A stretch of 64,000 nucleotides of DNA, from NCBI GenBank assembly GCA_964016885.1, contig OZ024752.1, positions 1,488,001 through 1,552,000 of the forward strand, given 5' to 3'. Under the pieces are notes generated by a model, which did not search any database, had not been told where the DNA came from, and saw only the letters and a program-made list of their open reading frames with translations. Each line of letters begins with the position of its first letter. Within the stretch, counting starts at the first letter, position 1. This document shows positions 1-14,635 of this stretch, piece by piece. The stretch is from Eledone cirrhosa (taxonomy: Eukaryota). A program made the position numbers and the translations under genes.

Positions 1-2539
1 GCGGTGCCCCAATCCATTAGTATATACACAGTTATCTATTAACTCTGCACCTACACTTAGTCAGCCATCGAACTCTGTTCTCATCTATGGTGTTTCCAGC
101 CCATAAAGTTATATATTATTTATCCGCGCGTTTAAGGCATGTATTTGTGTTTATTTTCTAAATACAATTCAATAGAAGATTTAGTAGAAAATCAGTTATT
201 AAGATTAATTTGTGTTAATTCTGAAAGTTATTATTTACAAATTTCATATCTCGTGTTCATGAATACAAGGATTCTGTTAAATTTCGATATCTCAACTTAA
301 CGCACTACAATATTTGACATCAATATATACTTGGATATCTTATAAATGATTTTGTTTCCATTTCTATTTCTATTTCATTCTTTTGAAAACATTTAATGTT
401 GAATATAAAGAAAGAAAAAAAAACGTCTTTTCCTCAAGTAGGATTCCTGCCAATTTGAACATAATACAATCATGGGTATCTAGATTATTGGCAGTTGAAT
501 TTGAATAGTGAATACGGAAATAATCTACAGCCTAAAGCTCCATTTTCCCATGACATTTGTAGTTTTTATTTTACATTTTTTTCTGTTTCTCAATATTCAC
601 TGTATTCCTTATTCCTAATGGTATTATTGAAGAGAAAGCCTTAATGACATTATCACGTAGCTTGGAGGAACGAGAACAATCTAACATAGCGGGCTAATCT
701 ACCTCTAGGGAAGTTTGGAAGCTGAAGCAGGTTAACCAGTATTGACAGAGAGTGATAATACTGACCAAAAATATAAAGAAAATAGAAAGAATATTTTGAA
801 AATGCACTTGTATTCAGCTGTCCTTAATTACATATTGATGTCATGGTTTCATTTTCAGCTGGGAAATATTTCTCGCAGCTACTAGACACAAAACTCTATG
901 GTAAAAGCAATACGCATTAATAAAGACATAGTCGGTTTATGTTGATGAAGGAAACAATCATAGAATATAGGTTTGGCAAAGGATGAAACAGGATGACATT
1001 CGAAATGTTGTTCCATAGTTTATTGTCATAGCATTGTTATTAATTAATAGTATTCTCTCACCAAGCTGCTAAAGGCTATCGAATACGTTTCGATTTACTT
1101 ATAGTAAGTTGTAGTACACCTGACTTTGAAAATCTATTAGCAGATCTGTAAAGGAACCCAATAATACCATATATGTGTGCATAGACGCCTGGATATAACA
1201 TATCTTTCCTGTAATCAATTAACCCTTTTGGGTATACTACTTTAAAATAATTCAAATTATTTCCAATTGTAAATTCACTTTTCCCGAACATTATTTGAAA
1301 ACCTGTTTTCAAGTAACAGACAATATTCTCAAATTGTGTAATATATATATTTTTAAACACACAATTAACGCTTGGACTGAAAATTAAAATATTTGTCCTC
1401 ATGTCTTTATTGCTGCTTGTTGTTCTTGTTTAGGCATAAGAAAACTAAGACAAACAGTCACGCGTGCTAGAACTAAATCCCAGTGTATCTAGCGTTAAAA
1501 TAAGTAGTATCATTTAATCTGTGAAAGAAAGTAAAGCATACTTTCGGCGATATTTGGCTGTTATTCCAACTTACTAGCATATAGATTGAACGTTTCCTTA
1601 GCTTTCGCGATATTAGCGATATAAGTGATGTTCTATAGAAATGTTGAATACATATATATAGAATGTTGAAATGATTATGTTCGCCCATTATAATAGCGGC
1701 TAAGGTGTAGAGGATGTTAAAGCATCGGGAGGTCAATGAAACATTTGATACTAAGTAGGACTATACCATCGTCATCCCAACATATTTGTAATTTATTATT
1801 TCGAATTCAAGGTATTTTGCCATAAATATTTAATATCAGCGAAGTCGATTAGAAAGAAAAAAACATCAGAGAGTAATTTTAAATGAGAAAGTTAAAAAGA
1901 TGCCATTACATTAAGCTATATTTTCTGTGTTACTTAACTGATTGAGATATTTGCCTGCCTCAGCCTTTTGAAATAGTAGGAGAGGAATATGTTATGATTG
2001 CTTCAATATTATTTAATGTTCTCTAAATATATATCTAAACTTTAAACATTATTCAATGAGTTGTTCTTGATGTATGTTTCATACTTATAAGGCTACGGTT
2101 GTTTAACCAAATGTCAGCTTAGTTCGAGTGAACCTATAATCAAATTCGTTCATGCCGTGGAGTTCTCATCTTCAATTTTAGGCATAATGGATCAAGAACT
2201 ACATGCCTTGACATACGACGATGGCTTGGTATGTGAGGGTGATAGGCGATAATTATAGGACGTTTAACAAGCACGTTTCTGTTTCTTCTTATTGTTGCTG
2301 TATGCATGTTAATATATTTAGTTTCACTTGCTTTTATTTTGTGCCTTGCATAAATGTGGCATTTGTTCTCCAGGCACTGATTATTGGCGATACCCATTAT
2401 GCATTAACCTCATTTTATGACAAAATAAAAATGTTAAAGATCCAGACATTCATAAGGTTTGAAGGGGGGATGCATAATTGAATCAGTCGAAAGCAATATA
2501 TTGTTGATGGAGAGGTGAGCATGTTAATAGATCTCTGTT

Positions 2540-2945
2540 ATAATCCACTCACACCACCTTAGTTCTAGTGGGTGGAAGGGCCTTCACTACAGGCAACATC
2601 CACAAGCAAAATGTTGAGATGGAAAAAGATAACGTTTAGAAGGATATTTGACATAATAATTCTTATGACAAAACGTTATGTGGAACTGTGAGGCTAGCAT
2701 TGGATTAGATTAATCTATTAAATAAAAGATCATCGGATCTGCTCCTATTCCTTTAATGAATATTCAATGTATGCCAAGTTTTAAGGATTTTCCAAAAAGC
2801 TTTGCGATTGACCCTGTCAAAGACTTTGGTCAATTTGACTGAAACAATAAACAATCCCTGTCCCCCCACCGAACAATCCCCACAAGCTGAGGAAGTGAGA
2901 ACATCATGTCAGTAGTGACCTAAATGTGTGGAAACCACATTGGTT
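2540..2945 (-). pseudogene. Decayed RTE-clade LINE reverse transcriptase fragment
   Basis: Minus-strand translation gives QCGFH.., TTDMMFSLPQL and FIVSVKLTKVFDRVNRKAFWKILK. These match non-LTR RT motifs QxGFR / TxDxIFxLRQL / FxDLxKAFDxVxRxxLWxIL. Frameshifted. Confidence 0.6.
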
Positions 2946-3059
2946 TACAACGTCTCTCTCTCTCTAGCCCCCCTCCCCCCTCTCTCTCTCTCTCTCTCTA
3001 GCTCTGTACCTTACATAGAGCACTTTCTTTTCCTTTATCCTTCCTACGGAAATACTTAA

Positions 3060-3400
3060 TATATATTTATATTATTCTTAACTCTGAAGCCGAGAATTAT
3101 TCGGTTTCCTAAATAGAAAATTAGTCTACGATTTAATTCATACCATAAACGTGGTTTTGTCTTTGCGTGCAATAGTTCTCGACGCTCCACATAACGACGT
3201 ATTACCTTCGCTTTTTTCCGTTCTTTGCCAGGGAACATCTTCATGAACCAAAGTATCGTCTTCCTGTTTTCCTTCGGTTGCAATGTTTTTCGAAATATTT
3301 ACTTCTGCGTTCACAGATTGATTTTTTTAGTTTCAGAAGATCCCGTTAAAGGTGAAAGGAGCGATTTTTTGCTAAACGTTAATCTGTTATTTTGATGTTA
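3060..3400 (+). mobile_element. Non-autonomous hammerhead-bearing element, family A (ends at (TA)n)
   Basis: Homologous to 39454-39763 and, inverted, to 3495-3768 and 39041-39344. Ends at a (TA)n tract. Confidence 0.7.
3329..3377 (+). ncRNA. Degenerate type I hammerhead-like motif, CAGAAGA core (family A)
   Basis: AGTTT-CAGAAGA-TCCCGTTAAAGGT-GAAA-GGAGCGATTTTTTGC-TA-AAC. Same layout as the better copy at 39694-39744. Confidence 0.45.

Positions 3401-3402
<2 letters not shown>

Positions 3403-3493
<91 letters not shown>
3403..3493. repeat. (TA)n microsatellite
   Basis: Pure TA run between two tail-to-tail family A copies. Confidence 0.95.
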
Positions 3494-3494
<1 letters not shown>

Positions 3495-3498
<4 letters not shown>

Positions 3499-3768
3499 GA
3501 TTAGAGTTTAAGCAAAGAATCGCAACTTTCACTTATAACGGGATCTTCTGAAAGTAAAAGAAAAAACAATCTGGGAACGCAGAAGTAAATATTTCGGAAA
3601 ACGTTGCAACCGAAGGAAAACAGATGAGACTTTGGTTCATGAAGACGTTCCCTGGCAAAGAACGGAAAAAAGTTATGTGGAGTTATGAGAACAATTACAT
3701 GCAAAGCCAAAATCACGTATATGGTATAAATCGAGTCATTAGTCTAATATTCTATTTAGGAAACAAAT
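3495..3768 (-). mobile_element. Family A element, inverted copy, with degenerate CAGAAGA hammerhead at 3505-3555
   Basis: Diverged reverse complement of ~3100-3390. Minus strand reads CTTT-CAGAAGA-TCCC..T-GAAA-GTTGCGATTCTTTGC-TT-AAACT. Confidence 0.65.
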
Positions 3769-3795
3769 ATATATATACATATACATATATATATA

Positions 3796-3870
<75 letters not shown>

Positions 3871-3878
<8 letters not shown>

Positions 3879-4230
3879 ATACTTTGGGAGGGGGATGTTG
3901 TCAATAAGAAACACACGCACCAGTTGCTTTCACTTCAATTTATTATAATAAATTTATAATAAATTTATAAATTTATAAATTTCTGGTTGGTTGGTTGGTT
4001 CCACAACCAGATAGTTGTTTATATATTGTCAATATATAAACAACTATCTGGTTGTGGAACCAACCAACCAACCAGAAATTTATAAATTTATAAATTTATT
4101 ATAATAAATTGAAGTGAAAGCAACTGGTGCGTGTGTTTCTTATTGGCAACATGACTCTCCCAAAGTATAACAATATCGGTTTCAACACACGATTTCAGAT
4201 AAAGAATCTTGCTAAACAAATTCAGAAACG

Positions 4231-4233
<3 letters not shown>
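3871..4233. mobile_element. Fold-back palindromic element between (TA)n tracts (palindrome 3871-4176, apex 4029; right arm extends to 4233)
   Basis: Near-perfect inverted arms around TATTG-T-CAATA. Homologous to the hammerhead-bearing fragment at 15990-16150 and a short fragment at ~23978-24006. Confidence 0.85.
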
Positions 4234-4278
<45 letters not shown>

Positions 4279-4508
4279 CCAAAGTTTATATATATATATA
4301 TATATATATATAATGTATATATATGACGCGAATTACTTGGTCGTTTCTATGGTTGTGCGGATGACGGTTTAACCATCGTCTCAGTGTGTTTGGTCTTTAA
4401 CGTATGTTGTAGCTCTGGTTCGTCAGAATTATTGAGCGTTTGCCACTCATCTCGGAAGTTGTTTTCCGCTAATTCCAAAGCCGAAATACGATTCTCGCTA
4501 ATTTATAT

Positions 4509-4588
<80 letters not shown>

Positions 4589-5692
4589 ATATATATATGT
4601 ATATATATATATAATGTGTGTGTGTGTGTGTGGATCACTATATATGCCTGTTAGATTACACATTTTCTTCTCTGTTAATCAATATTTTTTTACATATTAA
4701 TTTAAACCGATGAATATGAATTTCCTCATCTATCGCTGGTCCCATTAAACTATGAGAGTGAAAATATAATATTCTGAACATTCCTTGCTTCAACGTAAAA
4801 TATTTTATGTTCCTTTTTACTGACAACTAATCTATAAATTATCATCCCTTTGATCGATTTACTACATGTCCTCAATTATTATTACTGAAAACTGTTTTGT
4901 AAATCTGTATATCGCAAACAATGAAAAACATATTTCACACGGTTTTTAATATATATTCCATGGCAGCCTGTTTTTAAATAAAAAAGAAAAAAATATTGAG
5001 CAGAATAACTTTAAAAAATAATAATAATTACGTAGGTAAAATAAAATATAGCAGGAGTAAATAAAACTAAAGAACGGACAGATTGATATTGTAAATCTTA
5101 CGCGATGTCAGAAATAAGATTGTAAACATTGAATAAAATTGTTATCCTTGTCATAAAACCAGCCTTGAATGTAATAAACTGGATATTAAATGAGCTCAAA
5201 GTTAGATAAGAGCTAAGGAAGGAAAACAGTTCACTCCATTTTGAAAACACAATTTTGATGTAGAGTTTACCCTAGGAACAACCACTATAAAATGTAAGGC
5301 TGACGTAAAGAAATAACTATGTGAAATTAAAACTGATCAGTCAATAAAACTGTTGAGCAGTAACGAATATTTGACGATAAACAAATTATAAGATAACGGA
5401 GAGAGACACCAGAATACTTCAAACACACAGACACACAAACACATGAATCACAGAACTCACACAAAAAGTCCCTCATTCACACTCACAAATTTTATATATA
5501 CATATATATATGTGTATGTGGGGTGGGGGTGGGTGTTTTGGTGCGCGCACGCGTGTGTGGATGAATGTATCGAATTTCAAAAGTTATTGGCTCAAATGGT
5601 GGCATGGAAGTTACACACTTGCTAGAATTTTAACAGAAATTACAGGATTAAGAGACAATATGCTCAACACACACACACACACACATATATAC

Positions 5693-5727
<35 letters not shown>

Positions 5728-5956
5728 AAGATAGATGGATACATATGAGAATCTTATTACATTCAGGAAACCTGTTTATTCATACACTATTAGGAAAAAC
5801 TAGTGTTAAAAATTCAGGAATACGTATAGGAAATATGGAATGCATTAGACCATCCTACACGATTGAAATTGTGAATATTTAACCTATCTAACAGTCATAT
5901 ATACATACATACATACATCTATATATATATAAATAAATATATATATATACATATAC

Positions 5957-6001
<45 letters not shown>

Positions 6002-6015
6002 TATATACATATACA

Positions 6016-6047
<32 letters not shown>

Positions 6048-6463
6048 CATATATATATATATACATACATATATACTTTGGCCTTAATAATCTTCATGTA
6101 TGCGTGTGCGAGTGTTTCATGTAGAGGTAGGTATCTTTGTTGTTTTTGTTGTTGTTGTATGAGCACTATAATATGTTGATGGCTGAAGGCAACTCGACTT
6201 CAGTCACACAATTGAATCTCGTTTCAAGCATTCTGCTTTCGTATTACTTCTTCTGACATAGCTTGGTACTCATTCGCCTGGGGATTTAAGGGTTCTCAGC
6301 CACGCTGTTGCGGCATGATTCGCGACACGATACATTAGGAATTTACGTAGGGTATGATCGTGAATCTTTTTCATAAATTTACAGTTAGACACATCCAGGC
6401 ACGCATAGACATACAGAAATAAACATGCTGATACACACACACCCAGTGAATTATGCACACACA

Positions 6464-6617
<154 letters not shown>

Positions 6618-6634
6618 GTATGTACATGTATATG

Positions 6635-6692
<58 letters not shown>

Positions 6693-6695
<3 letters not shown>

Positions 6696-6965
6696 TCATC
6701 ATCATCATCATCGTTTAACGTCCGTGTTCCACGCTTGCATGGGTTTTGACGGGGTTTTCCCACTTGAGGCAAGAGTGATTATCTTGCTCGCATAGGACTA
6801 TCTGGCGGGTTTTCTACAGCTGGATGCCCTTCCTAACACCAACCACGTTTACAGTGTGGGTCTGGGAGGTTTTTACCGTGTTGCCTACACGGCCACATTA
6901 CAGCCTGGACTGTGTGTTTTTTTGACGTGACACCTACACGATCTCATTTGTTTCGGCCTGGATGT
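6693..6965 (-). mobile_element. SINE/RTE-tail type interspersed repeat ending in (GAT)n
   Basis: (CAT)n run followed by CGTTTAACGTCCG..CATGGGTT and CTACAGCTGGATGCCCTTCCTAAC..AACCAC. This layout is typical of RTE-tailed retroposons; family name not verified. Confidence 0.55.
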
Positions 6966-7740
<775 letters not shown>

Positions 7741-8010
7741 ACAAGGATCGGAATTAGAGTATTCCGCAGTTCACAGTAATAATAATATTAGCTCAAAGAA
7801 GAACAGAGAATTTTCAACTGAGCAAAATACAAATATATTACACAGAGAGAAGTGTGTTACACAGTGAGATGCGTGTAAATAATTATTACATGTGAGTTTA
7901 ACCGTTACTGTATGGAAAACAACGCCTACAGGTTGGCATTTAAATAGAAAACTAAGTCAGGATCAAATCTCCGAAGTAGAGTTTTAAATTACCAACCTTA
8001 TAACTATAAG

Positions 8011-8085
8011 CTTGCAGATACGAATCTATTTCGTTTCGCCACTGAAATGTAGAGTGTAAAGTCCACAGGGTCCTCAGTCAGCAAG
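8011..8085 (-). ncRNA. Type I hammerhead ribozyme (family B, inverted copy)
   Basis: Reverse complement of 8330-8404 with one stem II substitution. Confidence 0.75.
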
Positions 8086-8134
8086 TGTGGAATTGTTAGC
8101 TACACATATAGCCTAATGTATATATATATGTATC

Positions 8135-8201
<67 letters not shown>

Positions 8202-8215
8202 GTATTTATAGATGC

Positions 8216-8299
<84 letters not shown>

Positions 8300-8329
8300 T
8301 AGGCTATATGTGTAGCTAACAATTCCACA

Positions 8330-8404
8330 CTTGCTGACTGAGGACCCTGTGGACTTTACACTCCACATTTCAGTGGCGAAACGAAATAGATTCGTATCTG
8401 CAAG
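8330..8404 (+). ncRNA. Type I hammerhead ribozyme, canonical CUGAGGA core, predicted GUA cleavage after 8396
   Basis: Stem I CTTGCtGA/TCtGCAAG; CTGAGGA; stem II with TGTGGA/TCCACA; GAAA; stem III ACGAA-ataga-TTCGT; H17=A. Confidence 0.8.
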
Positions 8405-8583
8405 CTTATAGTTATAAGGTTGGTAATTTAAAACTCTACTTCGGAGATTTGATCCTGACTTAGTTTTCTATTTAAATGCCAACCTGTAGGCGTTGTTTTC
8501 CATACAGTAACGGTTAAACTCACGTGTAATAATTCTTTACACGCATCTCACTGTGTAACACACTTCTCTCTGTGTAATATATT

Positions 8584-8587
<4 letters not shown>

Positions 8588-8629
<42 letters not shown>

Positions 8630-8694
8630 TAATTATGCTAATTGGGAGAGGAAACGGTATATATTTTATCTGGTGATTCTATAGACATATTTTA

Positions 8695-8753
<59 letters not shown>

Positions 8754-8813
8754 AATATATACATATGCATATATAAAAACATATGTCTATATATATACGA
8801 ATATATATATATG

Positions 8814-8868
<55 letters not shown>

Positions 8869-8908
8869 TATAAATACATACGCATATAAATATATATATA
8901 TATATGTA

Positions 8909-8964
<56 letters not shown>

Positions 8965-9017
8965 TATATATGTGTATATATATACATATATATATATATA
9001 TACATATATATCCATAC

Positions 9018-9064
<47 letters not shown>

Positions 9065-9117
9065 TATATATGTGTATATATATACATATATATATATATA
9101 TACATATATATCCATAC

Positions 9118-9151
<34 letters not shown>

Positions 9152-9232
9152 ATAGACAGAGAGAGAGAGAAACTGAGATATACATATGCATATATATATA
9201 TATATATACATTTGTATATATATTTGCATATG

Positions 9233-9270
<38 letters not shown>
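8588..9270. repeat. Compound (TA)n microsatellite region
   Basis: TA runs with internal tandem duplications. Source of the YIYI ORFs. Confidence 0.9.
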
Positions 9271-10169
9271 GAGAGAGAGAGAAAGAAACTGTCTGATTGA
9301 AGTGCGTATCTCTACGTAATAATGAATCTGGTGTGTGTGTATGTGTGTTATTACAGGCATATATGCATGACTTTTATACTGAAACAGCGATCTTGAGTAT
9401 TAGTTGTGTAATCAAAACAAAATTCTTTTAACGTAATAACTAAGTTAATATGGCAATGAAACATATATCGTTCTCATTTATCTACTTTGAAAACATATAT
9501 AGAATAATTAGATAATTCTCATGTACATGTAATGTTCGTGTAGTTTAGTAGTTATATCATGTATTGCCACACGACACATATTTTGGTATTATTCACAACA
9601 GGCACAGAAACATTTACCATAACTAGTATTAAACAACATCTCAAAATCATATTGAATCAAATCATGAATATTGGAGTTTGTTTCCTCTGTTAAGAATTAG
9701 CACCATTAACTGAGACTCGGATACAAATACTTATCTATATATCTATACCCCCCCCCCCCACACACACACTCACATATATATATATATCTTTCTCACCATC
9801 TCTCTCTTTCTGTTATATATATATATAGAGAGTGTTGTAGTTTGTTCAGTATATATATTTGGTCCGTTCGTGTCCATCAATACGTTATTGTTTCTAAGTT
9901 GTACTTATTGATCCAATAATACTCCGTTACACAGTATGAAGCATTCGATGTGTTTTAATTATCAGACATGAATATAATCACTCAGATTAATGTAGGACGG
10001 AGCTTTTGTAAAATTGTGAAGAATTGGGCAGTTTGTTGGATTATTATCCCATTCTTTTAGTAATATACACTACTGTCATACGCATTTCGGTGGTATAAAT
10101 TATAAAATATGTAGTAAAATATCGGAAGTCACATCAAATTACTCACCGAGGGCATATCGCGGTACAAAT

Positions 10170-10392
10170 TTAAGCACAGCCATATATGGTACGCTGTTGG
10201 TTACCACGGTGAGTGTTCCAGGTGATACAATCAACGAAACCGCCTGCTTTCAAATTAGATATACAAGTGGCTGTGCATTCCACATAATTGCAAACACTAG
10301 CTGAGTGTACTGGAGCAACGTTAATTAAAGTGTCTTGTGAAAAGACACAACACATCTTACGATCGTGAGACAAATAGCATAACCACTGAGAA
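10170..10392 (-). mobile_element. tRNA-derived SINE family 2 (diverged)
   Basis: Minus strand: CTCAGTGGTTA (A-box-like)..TGTGTCTTTTCACAAGACACTTTAATTAACGTTGCTCC, homologous to 40126-40243. Confidence 0.6.
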
Positions 10393-11744
10393 ACTTCTGT
10401 TCACAGTAGGAATGACTATAAATACAGAAATACTTCACTATCCCAATGAAAGAAGCCAAATCCTATTCTCAAAGTCTAGCGAATCTTACCCGCATTTAAT
10501 ACGTACGAAAATAAAGATATATCATATTATATGGATGAAAACTACAAGAGAACGAGAAGATTGAAAATAGTATCTGATTATGTATGTAAGAAAAAAAAAT
10601 TATCATTCATAGTTGACCACAAAAAACAAGAAAATAATATTTACTGTCCCTATCATAATATTGCCAATTCAACTCGAAATCTTCTTATTTGATATCTCAA
10701 CGCAAAAACAAACAAACTATAAAATCTTTTAAAACAATCTCGTGTAACATAAATCAAACATATACACTATGAGTGAAATGTCATTTGCTATTGTCAGAAT
10801 TATATACATCTAATTTTATATTTCTGGCTTTGATAATCATCTCCAGACATACTTGATTGTTAACGCTAAACGAACAAATCGTTTATCATTTTGTAACATT
10901 TTTCAGCTGTAATTGTTCTGCCGAGTAAAGCTGAAGAGCTATTTATATAATTAGCTGTATGAATGAATGAAGACTAATATTTGTAGAGAGATAAGCGTTA
11001 TTAAATTGGAAATATATATGGACAGACAAACTACAGAGATCCCGTGTCTGTGAAATAGAAATTGCTATCAGGTTTGGATCTGAAAACAAAGGGGTAGAAA
11101 TAGCAAATAAATAAATGAATACATAAATGAATAAACAAATTATAAATTAATAAAAATAAAAATAATAACATCTCTAATCGTTTTACAATTACTGCCAGTT
11201 TGAAATGTATTGAAATCTTTCAAATTCAGTTTTGTTCACAACTGAGAAAAGTCATGGGTTGTTTCACTTAAAAAAAGTCGGTGCTGATAAGATTTATCGT
11301 GATAAATGATGGGTTAAATAACTAGATCAGTAATTATCACTATAACCAATTACCAGTCAGTTTCTCATAACTGTGTATACAGAATTTAAACAAAAGTTAC
11401 ATATTACTTGTCAAAATTATATCATTTTCATTGCATATAATGGATTATTTTTAATGAAAATAATATCTATTGATTCAAGTATTTACATATGAGACAAAAT
11501 AACTTGGTGTAAATGAAAACAAAATATCTTACTTCGAACATCATTAAATAAGCAAAATTATTGCGTAAGATTGGAAAACATTCTAATCCAGTATTATGCG
11601 AAATATAATTGCTAATATATATATATAACGCATACAAAGGCACATACACCTTTATGTATGCAGACACACACACACACACACACACACACACCACATACGT
11701 ATATATATATAAACTCTTAAGGGGAATATTTTCACGTTCAATAG

Positions 11745-12062
11745 CAAAACGCATGCCCAGGAAAAAGTGGGTGGCCATTGGTGTTAGCATTGCTTGTGAT
11801 GTGGTCAGACTATGTATGGTATGGTGTTAAAGGGCGCGTGAGTGACGCCTAGAAGAGATCCCTATAAATTTGACGTTGCACTCCTGATAGCTAGACGACA
11901 TCAATTTATTGGTTAAAACAGGCCCACAAGAGAACAGACAGGAATTGGAACTGAACATCCCGGAAAGCATCCAGAAAATAACTAACTCCATCCACATGAG
12001 TATTGAAGAAACTGTACTGTACCCAACCATACACCCCAAACAAAGACTACCTGTGCTAGACT
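11745..12062 (+). pseudogene. Decayed Penelope-like reverse transcriptase fragment
   Basis: VAIGVSIACDVVRLCMVW* (motif B-like), then S**LDDI (decayed RYVDDI), then IQKITNSIH..TVLYP..RLPVLD. Matches PLE RT core motifs; contains in-frame stops. Confidence 0.7.
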
Positions 12063-12931
12063 AATAAAACTCGTTCGAAGCTATTAATAATAAAGCACAA
12101 ATCCTTCATTCACATTATGCCAAATCCGTATTAAGAAACAAACCGCCAATCCCATAAAATAGATAATTAGCAGAACGTACCCCTGTAAGAAAGCCCCCTG
12201 CACTGATACAACATGTATAATTTGGAGATTAAGCCCCCCACGAATTGAAATGTACGCAGTGTGAGGCATGAGGGTAAAATCAGTGTAGAATATAATCAGG
12301 TAACCAAATTTGATAAAACAATGGGAAAATAGGTAGGAGCTATACTAGATTTCACGACACTACATACAAAAATATCTATCTACTCGCAATAGTCTATGTC
12401 CTTTTAATTGCGTTACTTCAAGTTCCGCAGATCAAATAGAACAATTTCCACACACAAAACATATCCTATACCATAATCATCTAATGAAATAATTGTACTG
12501 TTACTGCTCTATCAGAGTTAGGTTTTTTTATGGTGTTCATCTTGTTTTTTGTAATTCCTTAGCATTTCCAGATCCTTATATACCGATAATGTTATACATC
12601 TTTTCGGGCAACATATTCTGTCAGATGAGAATGCTAAATCTATCAGTGTATATGTATTTTTTCCAATCCATGATTATTATGTCTTGAGATATAGCCGTGA
12701 TATGATTTTACAATGCGTATGGTGTGGCTACGTTGTCATATGTACCGTGTTTTTGATACATATTATTATAAATTCCATGTCAAGGTGTTGGTATACCCCC
12801 TAGGTGATAAAGGAACCAGCTATTTGGATATATTGAAAACTTGCAAGGACTGCGCAGCCGGTAAATATGTGGTAAACACTCTTACAGTGTATTTGATATT
12901 AGGACCAGTTTTTATTTATTTATTCTAACTA

Positions 12932-13123
12932 AGGGAAGTGGATTGGCAGTATGGGTAGACCGCCAGACACCAAGCTTCGCAGCTAAGTTCTGAGTTCAAA
13001 ACCCGCCGAGGTTAGCTTTGCATTTCATCATTAAAATAAAGTACAAGTAAACACTGGGGTCGATATAATCGACTTCCACTCCCCTTATAATTGCGGGCCT
13101 TGTGCCTAAAGTGGAAATAATTA
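12932..13123 (+). mobile_element. tRNA-derived SINE family 1 (Nin/Deu-like core)
   Basis: TGGCAGTATGGG A-box-like, GAGTTCAAAACC B-box-like, GAGGTTAGCTTTGCATTTCATC core and shared 3' tail. Confidence 0.8.
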
Positions 13124-14583
13124 TATTCGTGTCAATGTTGCTTATTTTCAGATAACGTGTGCCACATGAATCAATCCTTTTGTTTTTCCTTTTAGTCTGG
13201 AGAATTGAGCTATTGTTGTACACTGGCGTACTTCTCATCTATTTAGTATATTTGTATTTCCATTTTTCCTACTTTGGTCTCTTAAATCATTTTTGCTGCG
13301 TTGTTATATACATTCATTATATCAATGTAATTTAGTTTTGTTTTGTACTATTCGGCCCTTGAATACAGAGTAATGCTTTTTCAAATATTTATTTATTTCA
13401 TATAGTAGTCTATCTTTATTTATTCTAATTGCATTTCCACTTAATATGATTTTATACTGTAGTAGTTTTCTCTGTCTGTCAGTCCAACTCAGTTTTTTGT
13501 GGGTGGTAGGTATATTTTCAGTATGTCATCAATTGGGTGGAGGAGGCACCGGTGCGCTATCAAATAAGTCCTGGCTTCTCTGTCGAAATGTTTCAAATCA
13601 CTTACTTTCCATTTTTTTTACATTATAACTTTTATGGCAAACATATTTATATTTATTATCTTTATTTTTAGCCTTAATTTCAGTTTTTAATAATACTCTA
13701 CCACTTTAATAGTCTATGAATCTTCGATTTCATTTTCTTTTGCTCAATGTTAGCTATTTTGATTATTCCTATTGATGATTGTAATCTAATTAACTAATTT
13801 AACTAATACGGTGACTATGATTTAGTTTAGTATTCGAGGCACAGTTTAATTTGGATTTTCTTAGAGTAGCGTTAACATATTTCTCTAATACCAAACCTTT
13901 ACATATGTATTTGGTAAATCACTGGGAATTTTAACGGTTTCTGGTGCAGTGCTAATCATGTTTAAGGAAAAGTGATTATGTCAATGGATTGGTAGCCCAT
14001 GCTATTTTCATTCATGACGTTTCCTTCTAGGGTCAAATTAAAGCAATCGAGTACTCGACTCATATGTTTGGAGAATTGTTGGTAGTAGAGTCTCTATTCT
14101 TCAGAATTATGGGGATCTTTCATTTTGTCAGGTAGGGATCCACTTCACGTGTTTTGCCTCAACTACCAATGATTTTAGAACACTTTTGAAAGACATCTGA
14201 TAGTCAGTACATTTATTGTTGTTGTTGATGTTGTAAGATACATTAGAGCTGATTTGTGTCACACATATACACAGAATAACGAGTTATCTCTTCTCACCAG
14301 CAAATTCAGATATTTCTTTTTATACCCGAAAAATGAAATTATAAAATGTTTGTCCGATGATTTCGATGATAGATGTAATCCCCCTTCCAGTATAGAACCA
14401 CAAACTACAGCATAACCATCTAACGCTTCATTGTCTTCAGCAAGATCTAGTGTATTGTAATAGATCTGACCATGTCTCAAAATGTAGCTAATCTCGAACG
14501 CAGGAAAATAGTGAGAACACAGCTTACAATGTCGGATATAACATTTACGCTGCAGAATATCACACTGTACCTCTCAAATTCCG

Positions 14584-14591
14584 TCTCATAT

Positions 14592-14627
<36 letters not shown>

Positions 14628-14635
14628 ATATGAGA
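14584..14635. repeat. Short palindrome centred on (TA)n
   Basis: TCTCATATTATG-(TA)n-CATAATATGAGA. Confidence 0.85.

Noticed and set aside
1076-1402. 108-aa ORF as a possible host exon
   Set aside because: No recognisable domain or supportable splice structure.
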